IMG/VR virus record: IMGVR_UViG_3300027822_000014
Span: 1-57,504 of that record
Direction: 5' to 3' (one strand)
From: a virus
Lineage: Duplodnaviria; Caudoviricetes
DNA: 57,504 nucleotides
A program made the translations under genes and the position numbers. Numbering within the stretch: position 1 is the first letter of the stretch; each line of letters opens with the position of its first letter. Below the pieces are notes generated by a model, which was given only the letters and a program-made list of their open reading frames with translations, made no database searches and was not told where the DNA came from. Positions 54,434 through 57,504 of the stretch are shown piece after piece.

Positions 54434-55021
54434 TTACCAGTACAAATCGCCCGGGTTTTCGTCCGTGACCATGCCGACAATGTCAATCGGAATCAGCGCC
54501 TTCAGCCGCTCATCCTTGTACATGGCGGTGATGATCTCTTTCGCTGGCCAGCCCTCAACCGGCGTCTGCGCCAGATGATACCAGCCGCGCACGTCCAGGC
54601 CGTGGCCGATCAGCGTGAAGAACGCCGCCGCCTCGCTGGACCACTCAACGTCCAGCGTGATCTCATCCTCGTAGGCTGGCGGCGGCGGGCCGTGCTGCAT
54701 GAAGTGACCGGTGCCGTGCGGCACATAGGCTGTGGCCTCTGGCGTCATCGACAGGGCCACGTCGATGTGTGGCTCGGTCCACTTGGGCCTGTAGCTCCAC
54801 AGCGTGGCGTCGTAGATGGTGGCATTCCGGTCATATGGTGAGCCGGTGGTCACCCATGAGTGCTGGCTGTAGCCAACAACAGGGTGGTGTCCACGCGCCA
54901 CGCGTGAACCTTCAGGCAGCAGGCCGCTGCGGATCATGGCAAGGCTTGCCGCGTGGCATTGCTTGCTCCATTTCTCAGCACCGCCAATGGCGGCTGAAAG
55001 TGTCGTGAGGTTCACGTCCAT
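54434..55021 (-). CDS. Early hypothetical protein (195 aa)
   Basis: GGAGAG RBS. CH.AS...RVARG....QHSW....D (possible Cys-His-Asp, transglutaminase-like fold). Confidence 0.7.
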   Translation of the reverse strand: MDVNLTTLSAAIGGAEKWSKQCHAASLAMIRSGLLPEGSRVARGHHPVVGYSQHSWVTTGSPYDRNATIYDATLWSYRPKWTEPHIDVALSMTPEATAYVPHGTGHFMQHGPPPPAYEDEITLDVEWSSEAAAFFTLIGHGLDVRGWYHLAQTPVEGWPAKEIITAMYKDERLKALIPIDIVGMVTDENPGDLYW

Positions 55022-55051
55022 GTTGATCTCTCCAAAATTTTTTTAACGGGG

Positions 55052-55261
55052 CTATGTTGCAAAAACGGCTTGTGGCGGTTCCTGCTTCCCTGCTTTCTTA
55101 AACACTTGAGCCCTGAACTCGTTGCAAAGCCGGTCCAGGGTCAGCGGGTCCAGGTCTTTGATTGATATGGCTGTCCCCTCTTCGTCATTGCTCAATGATT
55201 TGGTACGCACGAAATTGGGTACTGAAAATGCTTCAAGGTCTATTTCGATGGTCGCTTTCAT
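55052..55261 (-). CDS. Hypothetical protein (69 aa)
   Basis: VPNFV....L..LC..FR..VF.KAGK pattern. AAGGA RBS. Confidence 0.7.
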   Translation of the reverse strand: MKATIEIDLEAFSVPNFVRTKSLSNDEEGTAISIKDLDPLTLDRLCNEFRAQVFKKAGKQEPPQAVFAT

Positions 55262-55324
55262 GGCCCGGTCCTTTCTGGGTATGGGCGGGGAAAACAGGGG
55301 GCCGGAACCCCCCGCTCAGGATCG

Positions 55325-56215
55325 TCAGGCTGACCAATGCAGATAGAACTGCTCCGGCGTGTCATGCTTCAGGACGAACTCGCACATCTCCGCAGTGATG
55401 CGCAGGCTGTCCACGTAGGACTTCAGCCGGTCATCCGAGCCACGGCACACCAGATAGGTGCACGGCTTGGAACCCGCGCCGCCAACCAGTGACGCCATGA
55501 TGTTGTCCGAGCCACCGTGGATGATGCCGACAAGCTGCAGCGGATCGTTGATGTAGAACTCGCCGATGCCGTTGCTGTAGCCGCCACCGCCGAACGGCTC
55601 GCTGTCTTTGTTCTTTTCCAGCTCGTCCTTGAATAGCTTCAGCGCGTCCTCTTTCGACGAGCATCTGGCAGCCACCTCGGCAGGGTCCGAGAACATATTG
55701 ACCGACGCCTCCATGACGATCAGGTCGCCGCCGTTCGCTTCGGCGTTGGCTTCCAGCTCGCGGGCAAGCTCCAGCGCCCGCATGTGCGACTGATTCCAGT
55801 CAGGCTGGAACCGGTATTCCTCGTCGCGCTCGCGGTCGAAAATCCAGTACAGCCCGTCCTTGCCGGTGGCGATCTTGGCCACGTGGTTGACCCCGCCCTC
55901 GTTGTAGCTGGAACGCAGATAGTTCAGCTTGAACATATGCTCGGGGTCGATCTCGGAATCCGGCACCACGGCCTCGCGCTGGATCGTGTCCGGGATAGAA
56001 TGCCAGCCGTACTCGCCTTTGACCATGCCCAGCTTGTCACCCAGCTCGGCAGACTGCTTGCGCGCTTCGTCCTTTTCGGCGTCGCTGCACTTGTCGTAGC
56101 CCTTGCCGCCGGTGATCTTGTCCCAGATAGCGGTGGTGCCTTTGTCGTAGGCGTCCTCCATCTCGTCGGCTTTGGCCACGTCGAAATACTGATACAGATG
56201 TACGTCTAAACCCAT
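55325..56215 (-). CDS. Early hypothetical protein (296 aa, MGLD family)
   Basis: CAGGAGAG RBS, downstream of E7. Confidence 0.8.
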   Translation of the reverse strand: MGLDVHLYQYFDVAKADEMEDAYDKGTTAIWDKITGGKGYDKCSDAEKDEARKQSAELGDKLGMVKGEYGWHSIPDTIQREAVVPDSEIDPEHMFKLNYLRSSYNEGGVNHVAKIATGKDGLYWIFDRERDEEYRFQPDWNQSHMRALELARELEANAEANGGDLIVMEASVNMFSDPAEVAARCSSKEDALKLFKDELEKNKDSEPFGGGGYSNGIGEFYINDPLQLVGIIHGGSDNIMASLVGGAGSKPCTYLVCRGSDDRLKSYVDSLRITAEMCEFVLKHDTPEQFYLHWSA

Positions 56216-56239
56216 GATTTTCTCTCCTGGTTAGTGGGG

Positions 56240-56295
56240 TCATGCTGGCGCATGGAAACGGGGCAGGGGTGGGGCCTGCCCGTAACGATGCGTCA
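56240..56295 (-). ncRNA. Early structured element E7 (divergent copy)
   Basis: UGACGCAU-CGUU-ACGGG..CCCGU-UUCC-AUGCGCCA-GCAUGA. It keeps both alternative pairings. Confidence 0.6.
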
Positions 56296-56305
56296 TCACC
56301 TTGGG

Positions 56306-56314
56306 TTAGCGCAT
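56306..56314 (-). other. Minigene ATG-CGC-TAA
   Basis: Preceded by the full phage RBS AGAGGAGAGAAAC. Confidence 0.5.
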
Positions 56315-56387
56315 GTTTCTCTCCTCTAAAAACGTTACATTTGCAGTATCAACTATGTTCACACATTGTGGACTATGGTGTCAATGC

Positions 56388-56720
56388 CTACCAGTCGAAT
56401 TTTTTCGTCCGTGACGTGAAAGCCACGTTACAGAACGGCACCTCCGCCTTGATTTCCACGTCCACGTCCGGCCCGATATCGTCGTGCACGTCCTTGCCGT
56501 TGATCTCTTCGGCCATGCGTTCGGCAATGAAATGCATGACGCCGGAGCGGCACACTTCCAGCGCCTCGTTTGTCGAGCTGGTGTGCTGCCGTGCCATGTG
56601 CAGCAGGTTGCCGATCATGTCACCGATCTGGGTGGTGATCTCCTCGTCCTGGGTTCCCATGGTGTTGGCGAACTCGGCCAGATGGCCCTCTATGCTTTCG
56701 ATTCTCTGCTCGTTGTTCAT
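56388..56720 (-). CDS. Early hypothetical protein (110 aa)
   Basis: GAGGA RBS and a D.IGNLLH motif. Confidence 0.7.
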   Translation of the reverse strand: MNNEQRIESIEGHLAEFANTMGTQDEEITTQIGDMIGNLLHMARQHTSSTNEALEVCRSGVMHFIAERMAEEINGKDVHDDIGPDVDVEIKAEVPFCNVAFTSRTKKFDW

Positions 56721-56935
56721 GCGTCCTCGCTTTCATCGATTTTCCAGTGGTGCGCCGGGAACGATACCCAGCTATGGGTTAAGTCGAGCGGCAGGTCGGT
56801 GACATTATCGAACTGCGCGCGCAGGTGACCGCCCAGGCCAGATGGCTGGAGCAAGGCGGTCTGCCCTTTGAGTTTGATGGTCCGGCCATGCCGGGCCACC
56901 ACGGTTTCGTTGCCGGTGTACGTGCCGTGCATCAT
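56717..56935 (-). CDS. Early hypothetical protein (72 aa)
   Basis: ATGA overlaps at both ends. LKG.TAL......AQFD. Confidence 0.65.
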   Translation of the reverse strand: MMHGTYTGNETVVARHGRTIKLKGQTALLQPSGLGGHLRAQFDNVTDLPLDLTHSWVSFPAHHWKIDESEDA

Positions 56936-57315
56936 TCGCTGGCCTTCGCTTTGTCATCACCGATCCACAGCCACGCCTGCACATAGGCACCGCCGTCAGC
57001 ACTCGGCGACACCAAAGCCTCGCCGTCGATTTCGATCTTGCCATCCTCCGCCCAGTGTTCGCGCGCAGCGTCGCGGTAGTTGTCGTCCGCGATGGCATCG
57101 TCATCGATCAGGTCCAGCTCTTGCCAGTCGTGGCTCAGGCTCAGCTCTGTTATCCGAACCCCTTCGTCCATCTTGCTGTTGTACCCGGTCAGGAAATTGT
57201 CGTCGGGCTCGCAGCAGTCCAGCACCTCGCTGGCCAGCTTGCGGGCGGCGTCTTCATTCACAGCCGTCACCCTGACCACAGCGTTCAGCCTGCAGTCGAA
57301 TCCAAATTGTTTCAT
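56932..57315 (-). CDS. Early hypothetical protein (127 aa)
   Basis: AGAGGAGAGAC RBS and a DG.IEID..A.VS....GAYVQAWLW motif. Confidence 0.75.
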   Translation of the reverse strand: MKQFGFDCRLNAVVRVTAVNEDAARKLASEVLDCCEPDDNFLTGYNSKMDEGVRITELSLSHDWQELDLIDDDAIADDNYRDAAREHWAEDGKIEIDGEALVSPSADGGAYVQAWLWIGDDKAKASE

Positions 57316-57333
57316 GCGTCTCTCCTCTTGTTG

Positions 57334-57398
57334 TCATGCGGGTGTGCACGGTAGGCCAGCCTGACACGTTGTGTCGGGCTGGCCAGCGGTGATCACCC
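57334..57398 (-). ncRNA. Early structured element E6
   Basis: GGUGAUCAC-CGCU-GGCCAGCC..GACAC(AAC)GUGUC..GGCUGGCC-UACC-GUGCACACC-CGCAUGA, then RBS. Confidence 0.75.
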
Positions 57399-57504
57399 AG
57401 GCCACATATAGTGAAACCGACGGCCAAACAGCCAGACGGTGACGTACAGCCGGAACCCCTGCCCGCGCGTGATCAGATGAGCCCGCCCAGGCAGGGGGCA
57501 ATTC
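57371..57504. repeat. Terminal direct repeat, right copy
   Basis: Matches 1-134. Confidence 0.95.

Overview
This window is an apparently complete ~57.4 kb dsDNA tailed-phage genome. It is a circular assembly: bases 1-134 repeat at 57371-57504 with one mismatch. The morphogenesis block on the + strand is podovirus-type: TerS, TerL, portal, scaffold, capsid, adaptor, nozzle, three ejection proteins and a tailspike. It is followed by a lysis module and a second, esterase-bearing receptor-binding protein. The - strand carries a replication/metabolism block (RepB-type primase-helicase, PolA, SSB, DUF2800 nuclease, ThyX, SNF2 helicase, VRR-NUC) and an early region that spans the window ends. I saw no RNA polymerase, tyrosine or large-serine integrase, tRNA or CRISPR array. 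The host is probably an alphaproteobacterium (inference). Two unexplained systems stand out. (1) A low-GC island at 26760-31390 has a small serine recombinase in the middle and two divergent arrays of tiny genes. Each array has its own junction motif, and each ends in an 'empty' copy of that motif, which suggests a recombinase-driven gene-cassette system. (2) Seven copies of a structured element lie between early genes. Each has a long hairpin with a conserved CGCU/UACC internal loop and a covarying, mutually exclusive second hairpin just upstream of the RBS. This suggests an RNA processing or switch module. All product calls come from my own motif recognition, not from database searches.
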